A stretch of 64,000 nucleotides of DNA from Clostridiales bacterium (GCA_015055515.1 SVIC01000006.1:765-64764); one strand, 5' to 3'. Shown: positions 51,640 through 60,278, counted from the first letter of the stretch. A program made the numbers and translations. Notes: generated by a model from the letters alone, not told the origin.

Positions 51640-51668
51640 AGATTATCACTTTTAACTAATTTAATCAA
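51640..51668 (-). promoter_or_regulatory. Candidate pyrG promoter (TTGATT-17 nt-TAATCT)
   Basis: Reverse complement reads ttgatt aaattagttaaaagtga taatct, upstream of the leader ORF. Confidence 0.3.
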
Positions 51669-51687
51669 ATATTTTAATGCTTATTTA

Positions 51688-52206
51688 TTAAAAATTTTCT
51701 TTTATGTATTTTATAACTCTAGGTACACAATTCAAAAACCAAGTAGTATATTTTTGTGGATATTTTACTATATCAATAGACAAGTCATCTATATTTATCC
51801 ATTTCACATCATTTATTTCTTCTCTATTAATACTTAAACTGCCATCATAGTCCACAATTAACACATGATCTAATTCGTATTCACACAACCCATTGTCATA
51901 TTCGCTGAAATATATAAAGTCAAAGAGTTCTTTTGGCTTAGATATTTCTATACCTAGTTCTTCCTTTGCCCTTTGCATAGCACATTCTTCCAGTGTTTTA
52001 CCTCGCCATGGATGTGAGCAACAAGCATTCGCCCACTTTCCTGGAGAATGATATTTTGTATACGCTCTTTGCTGAATTAGCATATTACCATTATGCACAA
52101 CAAATAGAGAAAATGCCCTATGTAGCATAGCATTTTCGTGTGCTTGTATTTTCTCTGCAATACCTATATCATTGTCAAATATATCCACTAATATTACGTC
52201 TGCCAT
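51688..52206 (-). CDS. idi: Isopentenyl-diphosphate delta-isomerase, type 1 (Nudix)
   Basis: 172 aa, ..LHRAFSLFVV...LIQQRAYTKYHSPGKWANACCSHP...AMQRAKEELGI.. Confidence 0.85.
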   Translation of the reverse strand: MADVILVDIFDNDIGIAEKIQAHENAMLHRAFSLFVVHNGNMLIQQRAYTKYHSPGKWANACCSHPWRGKTLEECAMQRAKEELGIEISKPKELFDFIYFSEYDNGLCEYELDHVLIVDYDGSLSINREEINDVKWINIDDLSIDIVKYPQKYTTWFLNCVPRVIKYIKENF

Positions 52207-52208
52207 AT

Positions 52209-52646
52209 TTACTCCTCTTCACTCAGCAGATATTCTATTGCTTTCTTGTATTTCTCTATTCTACCCTTTGTTACCATATCTACATATCCCTTTCTAGTTG
52301 GATTACTATTATGCCTAAGATCAGCCAATTTTACAACCCTTGCTATAGGATTGGTCTTGATCTTAGCTACATAATCCATATACGGAACACTTGGATCATG
52401 CGTCATATACTCTACCGCCTCAATTATTTCCTCACCGAACCCAGCATCCTTAAGATCTTGTAATGTCACATCAGTATCCTCTACCACATCATGTAACAAT
52501 GCCACACAAGTAGTATTCTCATCACTCATCTGCTCTGCTAGATGTATTGGATGATAGATATATGGTGTTCCAGACTTGTCCACCTGTCCATGATGAGCGT
52601 TATACGCAATTATCATCGCTTTTTTTGTTTGATCTGTATATATCAT
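52209..52646 (-). CDS. Small HD-domain (p)ppGpp hydrolase-like protein (small alarmone hydrolase type)
   Basis: Start set at MIYTDQT.. (GGAGGG RBS). ..AHHGQVDKSGTPYIYHPIHLA...ALLHDVVEDT.. matches the RelA/SpoT hydrolase core. Confidence 0.7.
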   Translation of the reverse strand: MIYTDQTKKAMIIAYNAHHGQVDKSGTPYIYHPIHLAEQMSDENTTCVALLHDVVEDTDVTLQDLKDAGFGEEIIEAVEYMTHDPSVPYMDYVAKIKTNPIARVVKLADLRHNSNPTRKGYVDMVTKGRIEKYKKAIEYLLSEEE

Positions 52647-52647
52647 T

Positions 52648-53928
52648 TTATCCCTCCACTCTATGTAATACTGCAACAGTTTCTACATGATGCGTTCTTG
52701 GAAACAAATTATATAGTTTTAGGCTAGAAATATCATAATTCGTCAATCTTGCATAGTTCTTTGCTAGGCTATTTGGACTACAAGCAATATAAATAATTTC
52801 TGTTATATTAGATGAATTATTGATGTATTCTAATAGTTTATTATCCACACCCTTTCTTGGCGGATCAATAATAAGAGTAATGTTTTTCTTCCCTTTTATT
52901 ATATCCGGCAAGACCTTTCTGGCATCACCGCAAATATTAACCATGTTATGAATGTTATTACTTTTTTTCAACTCTTCTGCGTTCTTATGTGCATTTAGAA
53001 CAATCTCTACACCATAAACTTTGTTACAAGATTTTGCTAACAAGGATGTAAGTAGTCCTGCTCCGCTATACGCGTTTATAACTTCTTTTGATTGCACAAT
53101 ATGCAATACATCCTTATACAACTTCTCGCTCATATCATCATTTACTTGCAAGAATGAATTAGCACTAATAGGCATGGTTATGCCCCAAATCTGAGCCATA
53201 ATATTATGACCATGCAATATTTTAATATTGTCTGTAATTATATCTTTTTTTGCATCATTCTTATTGAATACCAATTGATATCTATTAGAATACTTAGCAT
53301 CTAATAGATTAATCAACTCGTTCACATCTGGACAATTTAGCCCAACCAACAGACATATATACTGCCCATTAATCTCCCTAATTACCACGTGATTTATACC
53401 TTTTGCATAGTTTTGCAACCACGGCCTAATAGTGATATAAAACTGATTAATTCCATCGCTAGCAATAGCACACTCTACCACATCTATAACATCATGAGAC
53501 CTAGCAGAATACATTCCTACCACGCCATCTTTTAGTGCAAATACCGATTTGTTCCTATAATTATACATATCATTACATTCAATATATTCATCTACTTCTA
53601 TATCTTTGCCCGCTATATACTTAAAAGCTTCAGTAACCTTCTTAATCTTGAATTCCTTCTCGAACTCAGTATTCGCATGTTGCAAAGTACATCCACCACA
53701 CGTAGCATAATAAGGACACTTCGGTATAACCCTACAAGGATTTGATTTTAATACATTGACCACATTTGCTGTATCATACTTGCCCTTATTAGAAATATGA
53801 TCTATTTTAACAACTTCTTCTGGCAATACGCCATCTACAAGAACTGTTCTGCTATTCAGTTTTCCTACACCTACCGCATCGGTATCTAATTTTATAATCT
53901 CTAATTCTTCCATATCTGTAGTATACAA
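52648..53928 (-). CDS. rlmD: 23S rRNA (uracil-5)-methyltransferase, RlmD/RumA family
   Basis: 426 aa with a TRAM-like N-terminus, Cys cluster CPYYATCGGCTLQH, SAM-MTase motifs and ..IYIACSPNSLA.. Confidence 0.85.
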   Translation of the reverse strand: MYTTDMEELEIIKLDTDAVGVGKLNSRTVLVDGVLPEEVVKIDHISNKGKYDTANVVNVLKSNPCRVIPKCPYYATCGGCTLQHANTEFEKEFKIKKVTEAFKYIAGKDIEVDEYIECNDMYNYRNKSVFALKDGVVGMYSARSHDVIDVVECAIASDGINQFYITIRPWLQNYAKGINHVVIREINGQYICLLVGLNCPDVNELINLLDAKYSNRYQLVFNKNDAKKDIITDNIKILHGHNIMAQIWGITMPISANSFLQVNDDMSEKLYKDVLHIVQSKEVINAYSGAGLLTSLLAKSCNKVYGVEIVLNAHKNAEELKKSNNIHNMVNICGDARKVLPDIIKGKKNITLIIDPPRKGVDNKLLEYINNSSNITEIIYIACSPNSLAKNYARLTNYDISSLKLYNLFPRTHHVETVAVLHRVEG

Positions 53929-54009
53929 AATCTCGCTATATTAAACAAATAAAAATATAATTAAAAAAGAAAAAGTAACCACTTACATTGGTTACTCTTA
54001 CAAAAAGGA

Positions 54010-54240
54010 TTAGTCTTCTTTTTTCTCATTTATTAGCTTTTGAATATCGCCTACAGTCTTTAGGTTTAGTGCCTCTTCATCAGATACTGCTATACCCATT
54101 TCATCCTCTAGGCTCATAAGTAGTTCTACAACATCTAGTGAATCTGCACCTAGATCTTCTACTATTCTGCTATCATCTGTTACCTTCGCAACATCAATAT
54201 TCAATTGCTTTGCTAACATACTCTTAAAATCTTTACTCAT
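54010..54240 (-). CDS. acpP: Acyl carrier protein
   Basis: 76 aa, ..IVEDLGADSLDVVELLMSLEDEMG.. Confidence 0.9.
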   Translation of the reverse strand: MSKDFKSMLAKQLNIDVAKVTDDSRIVEDLGADSLDVVELLMSLEDEMGIAVSDEEALNLKTVGDIQKLINEKKED

Positions 54241-54317
54241 CTTATTCTCCTATAAGTTAATTAAAATATACTTAATTATACAAAGATTTCTCATCTAAGT
54301 AAAGTAAATTAAGACAA

Positions 54318-54920
54318 TTATTTGTTTGAAATATTCAGGTATCCAGAAGGATCTATCTTCTTACCATTGTTATCATACATTGTGAAGTGCAAGTGCGCAC
54401 CATCATTAGCTTCAGCATTTGCAGTAGCACCTACATACCCAATTGTAGCATTTGCCTCTACATTGTCGCCTACTTCTACCTCTACATCCTCATCTAATGA
54501 GCCGTATTCGCTAATTAGTCCATTGGCATGCTTTATCTTTACCACTGTTCCTTCTAGATAGTTATTGTATACCTCTACCACTTCACCAGCAGTAATAGCC
54601 TTCACTGCACTACCTGCACTAGCAAGAAAATCTATAGATTTATGTGCTTCCCACTGATTTAATGTAGCATTGTATTGCAATTCTGTTGCACTATAGTCTT
54701 TTATAATAGACGCATTTGCCACAGGCAAATAATAAGTAATAGTAGTTGCTACCGGCTCCTTATTAATATTGTTGTCTACCACAGGTGGCTTTGTCTCTTG
54801 AGTAAGGCTAGAAATGATGACTATCACACTAAACAATATTGCCACTCCTGCCAAGATTAGAAAATAAATATTTTCTTTTAGAAAACTTTTTATCGTTTGT
54901 TTTTGTTCTTGTTCTTCCAT
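54318..54920 (-). CDS. M23-family peptidase domain membrane protein (SpoIIQ/LytM-like)
   Basis: 200 aa with an N-terminal TM (IYFLILAGVAILFSVIVIISS) and C-terminal ..GTVVKIKHANGLISEYGSL...GAHLHFTMYDNNGKKIDP.. Confidence 0.75.
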   Translation of the reverse strand: MEEQEQKQTIKSFLKENIYFLILAGVAILFSVIVIISSLTQETKPPVVDNNINKEPVATTITYYLPVANASIIKDYSATELQYNATLNQWEAHKSIDFLASAGSAVKAITAGEVVEVYNNYLEGTVVKIKHANGLISEYGSLDEDVEVEVGDNVEANATIGYVGATANAEANDGAHLHFTMYDNNGKKIDPSGYLNISNK

Positions 54921-54983
54921 AATATCCTCCCAATTTTCGATATTCTATGTTGCAATTATTTCCAAGTGTCTTGCCTTTATACA

Positions 54984-55406
54984 TCAAAAACTGTCGAATA
55001 TTGCCGGATACCCTATTTTTGCAAAATCTTCTTTGCATGCTATTTGCAAGTTATATTTCTCTCCATTCAATATCTTGTATCTATTTAGATTTGCAGAATA
55101 TACAAGATATATCGATATATCTTCTACATAATCCAGTGCTATAACTTTGGCAGAATTAGATAATAGGAATTGTTCGATATCGAAACCATCAATAGTAATA
55201 CTCTCGCCGAAACTTATCTGTCTATATTTGTTATCTTTGGTAATATAGTAATCCCCACACGGTATTCCTGCAGTATCATAATATGTACAATATACTTCTT
55301 TGCCACAATATGAGTATCCAATATTCAATCTATCTATTAGATTATCTGAATACATTGTGGAGAATACAATAAATAACAACACCGACAAAACAATTAATTT
55401 TCTCAT
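54984..55406 (-). CDS. Hypothetical secreted protein
   Basis: Start set at MRKLIVLSVLLFIVFS.. (GAGGTGAG RBS). Signal-peptide-like N-terminus. No recognisable family. Confidence 0.45.
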   Translation of the reverse strand: MRKLIVLSVLLFIVFSTMYSDNLIDRLNIGYSYCGKEVYCTYYDTAGIPCGDYYITKDNKYRQISFGESITIDGFDIEQFLLSNSAKVIALDYVEDISIYLVYSANLNRYKILNGEKYNLQIACKEDFAKIGYPAIFDSF

Positions 55407-55533
55407 ACTCACCTCAATGCCTAGTATTGCCACAAAAAACACTATCTAATATCATAAAAGTATCATTGCATTGTCGAATATTGGAATAAACAATCATTGT
55501 CGCATCATATACATATGATATAGGAGATATTAT

Positions 55534-55815
55534 ATGGAAAAACCAAGTTCTATAAAAAATAGTGATAAACCTCAGTCTGTCGTATTAAATAATAGGAATA
55601 ATTTAATATTAACTGGCATTAGCGAAGTAATAAGCACCAACGATAAACTACTACTATTAAAATTAAGCAATACGAAATTAACTATCACTGGTCAGAATAT
55701 TAACATTGCAAAATTAGTAATAGACACTGGCGAATTGGAGGCTACTGGTCAATTCGACAGCATTGTATATTCCAATCAGATTAAGAAAAATATATTTAGT
55801 AGGATTTTCAAATAA
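55534..55815 (+). CDS. yabP: Sporulation protein YabP
   Basis: 93 aa, ..VVLNNRNNLILTGISEVISTNDKLLLLKLSNTKLTITGQNINI.. YabP-YabQ-DivIC order as in Bacillus. Confidence 0.85.
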   Translation: MEKPSSIKNSDKPQSVVLNNRNNLILTGISEVISTNDKLLLLKLSNTKLTITGQNINIAKLVIDTGELEATGQFDSIVYSNQIKKNIFSRIFK

Positions 55816-56180
55816 TGCTCAATACCCATCCCCAATGGCTACTAGCAATAATATTTGTTATCGGAGGTATTGTCTGCGGAATGACAATTGGTATATTGCA
55901 GATGATACATATACTGCTTGGAAAACGCAAGTGGGTACAAACAATTGTAGACATTATATGTTGTATTATAGCCACAATAATATATATTATCGTACTTAAC
56001 CTATTTAATTGGGGCGAACACAGAATGTACCTTCTTATAGCGCATATTATTGGAATATTTGTTGAACGAAAAACATTAGGAAAATTATTTGCAAAATTAT
56101 ATTATAAGTTATATAATTTAATTGTGAATAAAATGCGAAAAGTATCTAATTCAAAACTAGGTGCATTTCTGAAGAGGTAA
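55815..56180 (+). CDS. yabQ: Spore cortex biosynthesis protein YabQ
   Basis: 121-aa multi-TM protein; start overlaps the yabP stop; synteny fits. Confidence 0.7.
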   Translation: MLNTHPQWLLAIIFVIGGIVCGMTIGILQMIHILLGKRKWVQTIVDIICCIIATIIYIIVLNLFNWGEHRMYLLIAHIIGIFVERKTLGKLFAKLYYKLYNLIVNKMRKVSNSKLGAFLKR

Positions 56181-56187
56181 CTCACTT

Positions 56188-56472
56188 ATGAAAAATGGTG
56201 CAAATAAGGCAAAATACATCTCAATAGGCGTTGTGATCCTAGCTTTTGTATTACTAATTGTTCTAATTATACAATTTGCGCAATTAGCACAACTAAAGGC
56301 AAGAGAAGCTCAATTAACAGATACTCTGTCATCTCTAGAAGAAGTCATTGCTGATTATAATAAGCAGAAAGATTACTATTCGGACAGAGAGGCATATCTG
56401 GATGAATATGCTCATGAGGTACTGAATATGTCACAAAAAGGTGAAATTTGGTACACTGCAGACAAAAATTAA
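56188..56472 (+). CDS. divIC: Septum formation initiator (DivIC/FtsB family)
   Basis: 94 aa with an N-terminal TM plus a coiled coil (..QLAQLKAREAQLTDTLSSLEE..); synteny fits. Confidence 0.7.
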   Translation: MKNGANKAKYISIGVVILAFVLLIVLIIQFAQLAQLKAREAQLTDTLSSLEEVIADYNKQKDYYSDREAYLDEYAHEVLNMSQKGEIWYTADKN

Positions 56473-56501
56473 AATAATTTATTAAAAAACAACCAAAACT
56501 A

Positions 56502-56530
56502 TTGACAAAACAACAATTAATAGATACAAT
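56502..56530 (+). promoter_or_regulatory. tRNA promoter (TTGACA-17 nt-TACAAT)
   Basis: ttgaca aaacaacaattaataga tacaat, about 38 nt upstream of the tRNA 5' end. Confidence 0.6.
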
Positions 56531-56567
56531 ATATGTGCTAATGATGAGTTGGCATATATATTTATAT

Positions 56568-56644
56568 CGCGGGGTGGAGCAGATGGTAGCTCGTTGGGCT
56601 CATAACCCAAAGGCCGCGTGGTTCAAGTCCCGCCCCCGCTACCA
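56568..56644 (+). tRNA. Initiator tRNA-Met (CAU)
   Basis: CGCGGGGTGGAGCAG.. 5' end, C1 unpaired with nt 72, A11:U24, GGG/CCC in the anticodon stem, CTCATAA loop, encoded CCA. My hand fold needs a bulged U in the T stem (gcgUgg/cccgc). Confidence 0.88.
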
Positions 56645-56650
56645 ATTATA

Positions 56651-56678
56651 ATCTATACGTAATGTATAGATTTTTTTG
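56651..56678 (+). terminator. Intrinsic terminator after the tRNA
   Basis: atctatac-gtaat-gtatagat followed by ttttttt. Confidence 0.7.
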
Positions 56679-56704
56679 TTTATTATTTAATAACATTGTA
56701 TTTT

Positions 56705-56825
56705 GCGGGACTTTAGCAGATTATCATCTGCTTAAAGACAACTATTGTTGCCTTTGAACCATGGTAGTCGGGACCCCTACCCGACACTTATGCATTCGCA
56801 TACATTACCTCCCGCCCCGCTACCA
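56705..56825 (+). other. tRNA-fMet-derived / tRNA-like structured element (pseudo-tRNA, att scar or ncRNA)
   Basis: The 5' gcggga..agcagat and 3' tcccgccccgctacca echo the adjacent tRNA ends. A closing stem gcggga/tcccgc encloses four hairpins. Confidence 0.45.
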
Positions 56826-57114
56826 AAGGAACTTCTTGGTTTAGCCAAGTATATTTTTCACATCTTACCCATTATTCTTCATTTCACTTAATATTGTTTG
56901 TTGCTGTATTTTATATAAATATCCACATATATTATAGTTTTCTGTGAATATCTATTATTTTTTTTAATATTTATCTTATTAAAATGATTTGACTTCTTCT
57001 CTCTCTATATATATAATTTCAATATACAATTTTGGCATAATTTGTGTCATATTTTTATAGTTTACTTTTCCACAAAATATGCAAATGTATAATAAAAATA
57101 TAAGGAGAAATTAT

Positions 57115-58320
57115 ATGAAGACAAAACATAAGATAGCCATTATATCGATAATTGCCGTATTGGTATTATCTGTCATTGGCATGGCAATAGGATTAGTCCT
57201 AGTTGCACAGCAAGCAAATATATCTAACAGCATGACTATATCATATCAAGCAACCAATGTGGATGCCACTATTACGACTAATGCAAAGTTGTTCAAGGCT
57301 GATGGATCAACTGCCGATATAGAACTAAAAGATAGCACAGATACTACTGGCAGTGTAGAATTCGATGCAAAAGACTCTGAGGCAGATGGAGGTTTTGACT
57401 ACAAACATGTCGACCTTAATGCTGGTGATTATGTAGAATACTACTTCACCATCACCAACACCACTACCCCAGTAAGAGGAGAAGATTTCTGGAGTGGAGA
57501 ATCTACAGAAACAAACTATCTATATTATGATGGTTCAAGAGAATTAAAGGTAAAAGCAAATGTAACCGGCTATGCCGATAACGACAATATCAAGATTAGC
57601 GTAGGTAAGGCAAAGACAGATTATCTATTCCACCCAGACAATACAGTATACGCAACTATGCCTTCTGATCCTGATCCAGATTCGTATACTGGTAAACACG
57701 GAACAGTAACTACTAGCTTTATGGCTGAAAAATTATCTGAATTCGAAAAAATTGGAGCAAGGGATATATTAACACTAACTGTAAGAATGGAAATAGATGA
57801 TCCAACACTTGATGCAAACCTGGAGGCTGGATTCAATATACAACTAGGATATGAAGATATCGTTGCAGACCCAACCCCTACTTCTTCACTTCTATTGTCA
57901 AGCGAATCTGAGTGGTGGGAGTATTCTACAACATTCCACCAAATACAGTGCGATATGGATAAGGTTGTAGGAGGCGTCACTACCCATATAGATACTCAAA
58001 AATTCTATATGAGCGGAAGCACCAATATAGCAGCTCAAGGAAGGATTTATACCAACTCAAGTTTCGGATATTTTGCACCAATATCTATGAAAGCAAATGA
58101 GAAAGTTGTATTTACATTCTTATATACAGACTACCAAATCATTGAACCAAACTACATAGATTTGTGGCTAGTAGAGACTCCAGACAACTTCACATCTGAA
58201 CGTACAGTGATAACAAACGATGGAACCGAACAGGGAGAGCCAATTGGATTCAAAGTAGAATTCACATGCACAAGCGATGCTGATCTAATTGGTGCAAAGA
58301 TAACAGTTGGTGACACTTAA
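57115..58320 (+). CDS. N-terminally membrane-anchored surface protein, paralog of 23544-25199
   Basis: Start set at MKTKHKIAIISIIAV.. (AAGGAG RBS). 41 of the first 60 residues are identical to the paralog by my hand count. Further shared blocks are Y.F.ITNT, RELKV and DD.T.D. Confidence 0.7.
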   Translation: MKTKHKIAIISIIAVLVLSVIGMAIGLVLVAQQANISNSMTISYQATNVDATITTNAKLFKADGSTADIELKDSTDTTGSVEFDAKDSEADGGFDYKHVDLNAGDYVEYYFTITNTTTPVRGEDFWSGESTETNYLYYDGSRELKVKANVTGYADNDNIKISVGKAKTDYLFHPDNTVYATMPSDPDPDSYTGKHGTVTTSFMAEKLSEFEKIGARDILTLTVRMEIDDPTLDANLEAGFNIQLGYEDIVADPTPTSSLLLSSESEWWEYSTTFHQIQCDMDKVVGGVTTHIDTQKFYMSGSTNIAAQGRIYTNSSFGYFAPISMKANEKVVFTFLYTDYQIIEPNYIDLWLVETPDNFTSERTVITNDGTEQGEPIGFKVEFTCTSDADLIGAKITVGDT

Positions 58321-58328
58321 TATAAATC

Positions 58329-58368
58329 AAAAAAGTTAAGCAATGAGATTTTTGCTTAACTTTTTTTA
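58329..58368. terminator. Bidirectional terminator with the same stem sequence as 25208-25248
   Basis: aagttaagca-atgagatttt-tgcttaactt, flanked by an A-run and a T-run. Confidence 0.75.
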
Positions 58369-58374
58369 TATATT

Positions 58375-59217
58375 TTATTCATCCATAGTATTTTCTAACG
58401 CATTTTTATTCTCTGCATCGTCCTTGCTTAATTTCTCATACCAAGACAATGCGTCTTCTCTATCAAATAAATACATTCTAATAAATCTTGGATCTTTATT
58501 ATATAATTGTGATACAATATTCTTTTCTTTTTTGTAATCGGTATTAGATATTCTAGATATATTATTTTGATCTATATTCATTAACCTATAATATGCATCC
58601 TTATTAATACACGCATTAAGTGTAAAATCTACACATTTATCTTCTAGATCACCTTTTAATTCAATCCATGTATGTATATATCCACCCTTTTTTCCACTAT
58701 CAGCAACATTACTAGACACTATATCACATTCAAAATCTCTTACATTTTTAGCAATCCAAAGTGACCCGAAATGACACATTCCATTCCTTTTTCTTGATGT
58801 CAATATTTTTTTCATGCTATATGGGCAATTGAATGCAGCAGTGAATTTGGTTATATTAATATCGCCTTCTTTTGTACGAATTGTCATTCTATATTGATCA
58901 TTATCAATACCTATAACATAGTTTCCACATTTATCTTTTACATCTATTTTCTTTTTTTCCAGATCTTCTTCAGTGCGATATTGTGGATTTCTAGTAAAAT
59001 CCCTTATCAAGACTTTTATCTCAGCGTAATCCGGATTTGCTCCAATCACCTTCGATACGATAGACCTTTTCAGACCCTTCTGCCTATCCACATATCTTCT
59101 AAGATCAGACTTTTGCCAACTATCTATGTCTTCATGGTCGGGGTATCTAGAATCAAGTATCTCATCTATTGACATATTTTTTTCTCTTATATCTCTAATA
59201 AATTTCTTTATATCCAT
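58375..59217 (-). CDS. Transglutaminase-like Cys-His-Asp superfamily protein, cytoplasmic (tandem copy 2)
   Basis: 280 aa, GMCHFGSLWIA (C148), HTWIEL (H182), CVDFT (D197), DAYYR. No signal peptide. Confidence 0.55.
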   Translation of the reverse strand: MDIKKFIRDIREKNMSIDEILDSRYPDHEDIDSWQKSDLRRYVDRQKGLKRSIVSKVIGANPDYAEIKVLIRDFTRNPQYRTEEDLEKKKIDVKDKCGNYVIGIDNDQYRMTIRTKEGDINITKFTAAFNCPYSMKKILTSRKRNGMCHFGSLWIAKNVRDFECDIVSSNVADSGKKGGYIHTWIELKGDLEDKCVDFTLNACINKDAYYRLMNIDQNNISRISNTDYKKEKNIVSQLYNKDPRFIRMYLFDREDALSWYEKLSKDDAENKNALENTMDE

Positions 59218-59303
59218 AATACCCCCTTAAATAATTATCGTATAATAGCACAACTATTGATCAAAAATCAATACGTATTTTACAAAATAAATTTAATATT
59301 TAC

Positions 59304-60083
59304 TTACATCTCTAGTGCACTTTTTTCCATCTTCATTTCATCTTTTAGCATGGCTACAGCGTTATCTCTGTCATCCAGATAAAATTTTACAAAACAATAA
59401 TGTTTGTCACATCCATATTCTATCAGATCTATATCTTGCTTAATAGTACCAGCACTTACCCTTGACACATCTTTATCTACATCATAAAAACTATAATACA
59501 CATCTCTATTCATTATCAGATTTCTTGTAAAATCTATGCATAAGACCTTATCACCTTGGTCCAATTCTACCCAACTATGAAGAAACCTCATTTTTTTTGA
59601 CACTGGATTAAGCATTGAAGTAGCAACACACCATTTGTCGTTATTTTCTTCTAATACATCCTCTGCAATATGTATAGCATCCCAATGACAGTGTCCATAT
59701 CTTCTGTTTGACAATAATCTATCCTTACCTTCTTCATTGCAATCGAATACATCTGTCATTGGTCGAACCTTTATCATCTCATTATCAGTATCTATTATTA
59801 GTCTACCATCTTCCTCTCTAATATCGGATACATAGTCTATATTCTTGCACCTTTTTAATAACCTATTATAATCATTGTCTCTATGCTCCTCTGCTTTGGT
59901 AAAATCTTCTATCAGCATCACAAGATTATTCTTTTTATAATCAAAATCACTTGAAACTACTTTAATAGCACCTACAATACCACTTGTCTTCTGATCGGAC
60001 AAATATCTACTCTTAATTATCTTATCTATTTCACTAGTCTTTGGCTTTGATTTAAGATACATTATTGTTTCAAATAGAGACAT
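59304..60083 (-). CDS. Transglutaminase-like Cys-His-Asp superfamily protein, cytoplasmic (tandem copy 1)
   Basis: Start set at MSLFETIMYLK (AGGAGG RBS). GHCHWDAIHIA, HSWVEL, CIDFT, DVYYS. The N-terminal domain also aligns with copy 2. Confidence 0.55.
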   Translation of the reverse strand: MSLFETIMYLKSKPKTSEIDKIIKSRYLSDQKTSGIVGAIKVVSSDFDYKKNNLVMLIEDFTKAEEHRDNDYNRLLKRCKNIDYVSDIREEDGRLIIDTDNEMIKVRPMTDVFDCNEEGKDRLLSNRRYGHCHWDAIHIAEDVLEENNDKWCVATSMLNPVSKKMRFLHSWVELDQGDKVLCIDFTRNLIMNRDVYYSFYDVDKDVSRVSAGTIKQDIDLIEYGCDKHYCFVKFYLDDRDNAVAMLKDEMKMEKSALEM

Positions 60084-60215
60084 ACTATTCCTCCTAGTTA
60101 ATAAAAACACATATTACTTATTATATTTTAACATATTATATATAATAAAATCAATAGTCAAATTTTTTAGGGAATTAGCATTGAATCAAGAATTTAATTA
60201 ATATTTCTGCCATAC

Positions 60216-60258
60216 AAAAAAAGGACTTTGACTACATAATCATAGTCAAAGTCTTTTT
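60216..60258. terminator. Bidirectional terminator
   Basis: gactttgacta-cataatca-tagtcaaagtc (11 bp), flanked by an A-run and a T-run. Confidence 0.75.
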
Positions 60259-60278
60259 CTTTATTTGTGATAAACAAA

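Noticed and set aside
56568-60260. Bona fide integrated mobile element at the tRNA
   Set aside because: No integrase, recombinase, transposase or phage genes are present. The only tRNA-end repeat is about 180 nt from the tRNA, not at the far side of the accessory genes. I kept it only as a possible ancient scar.
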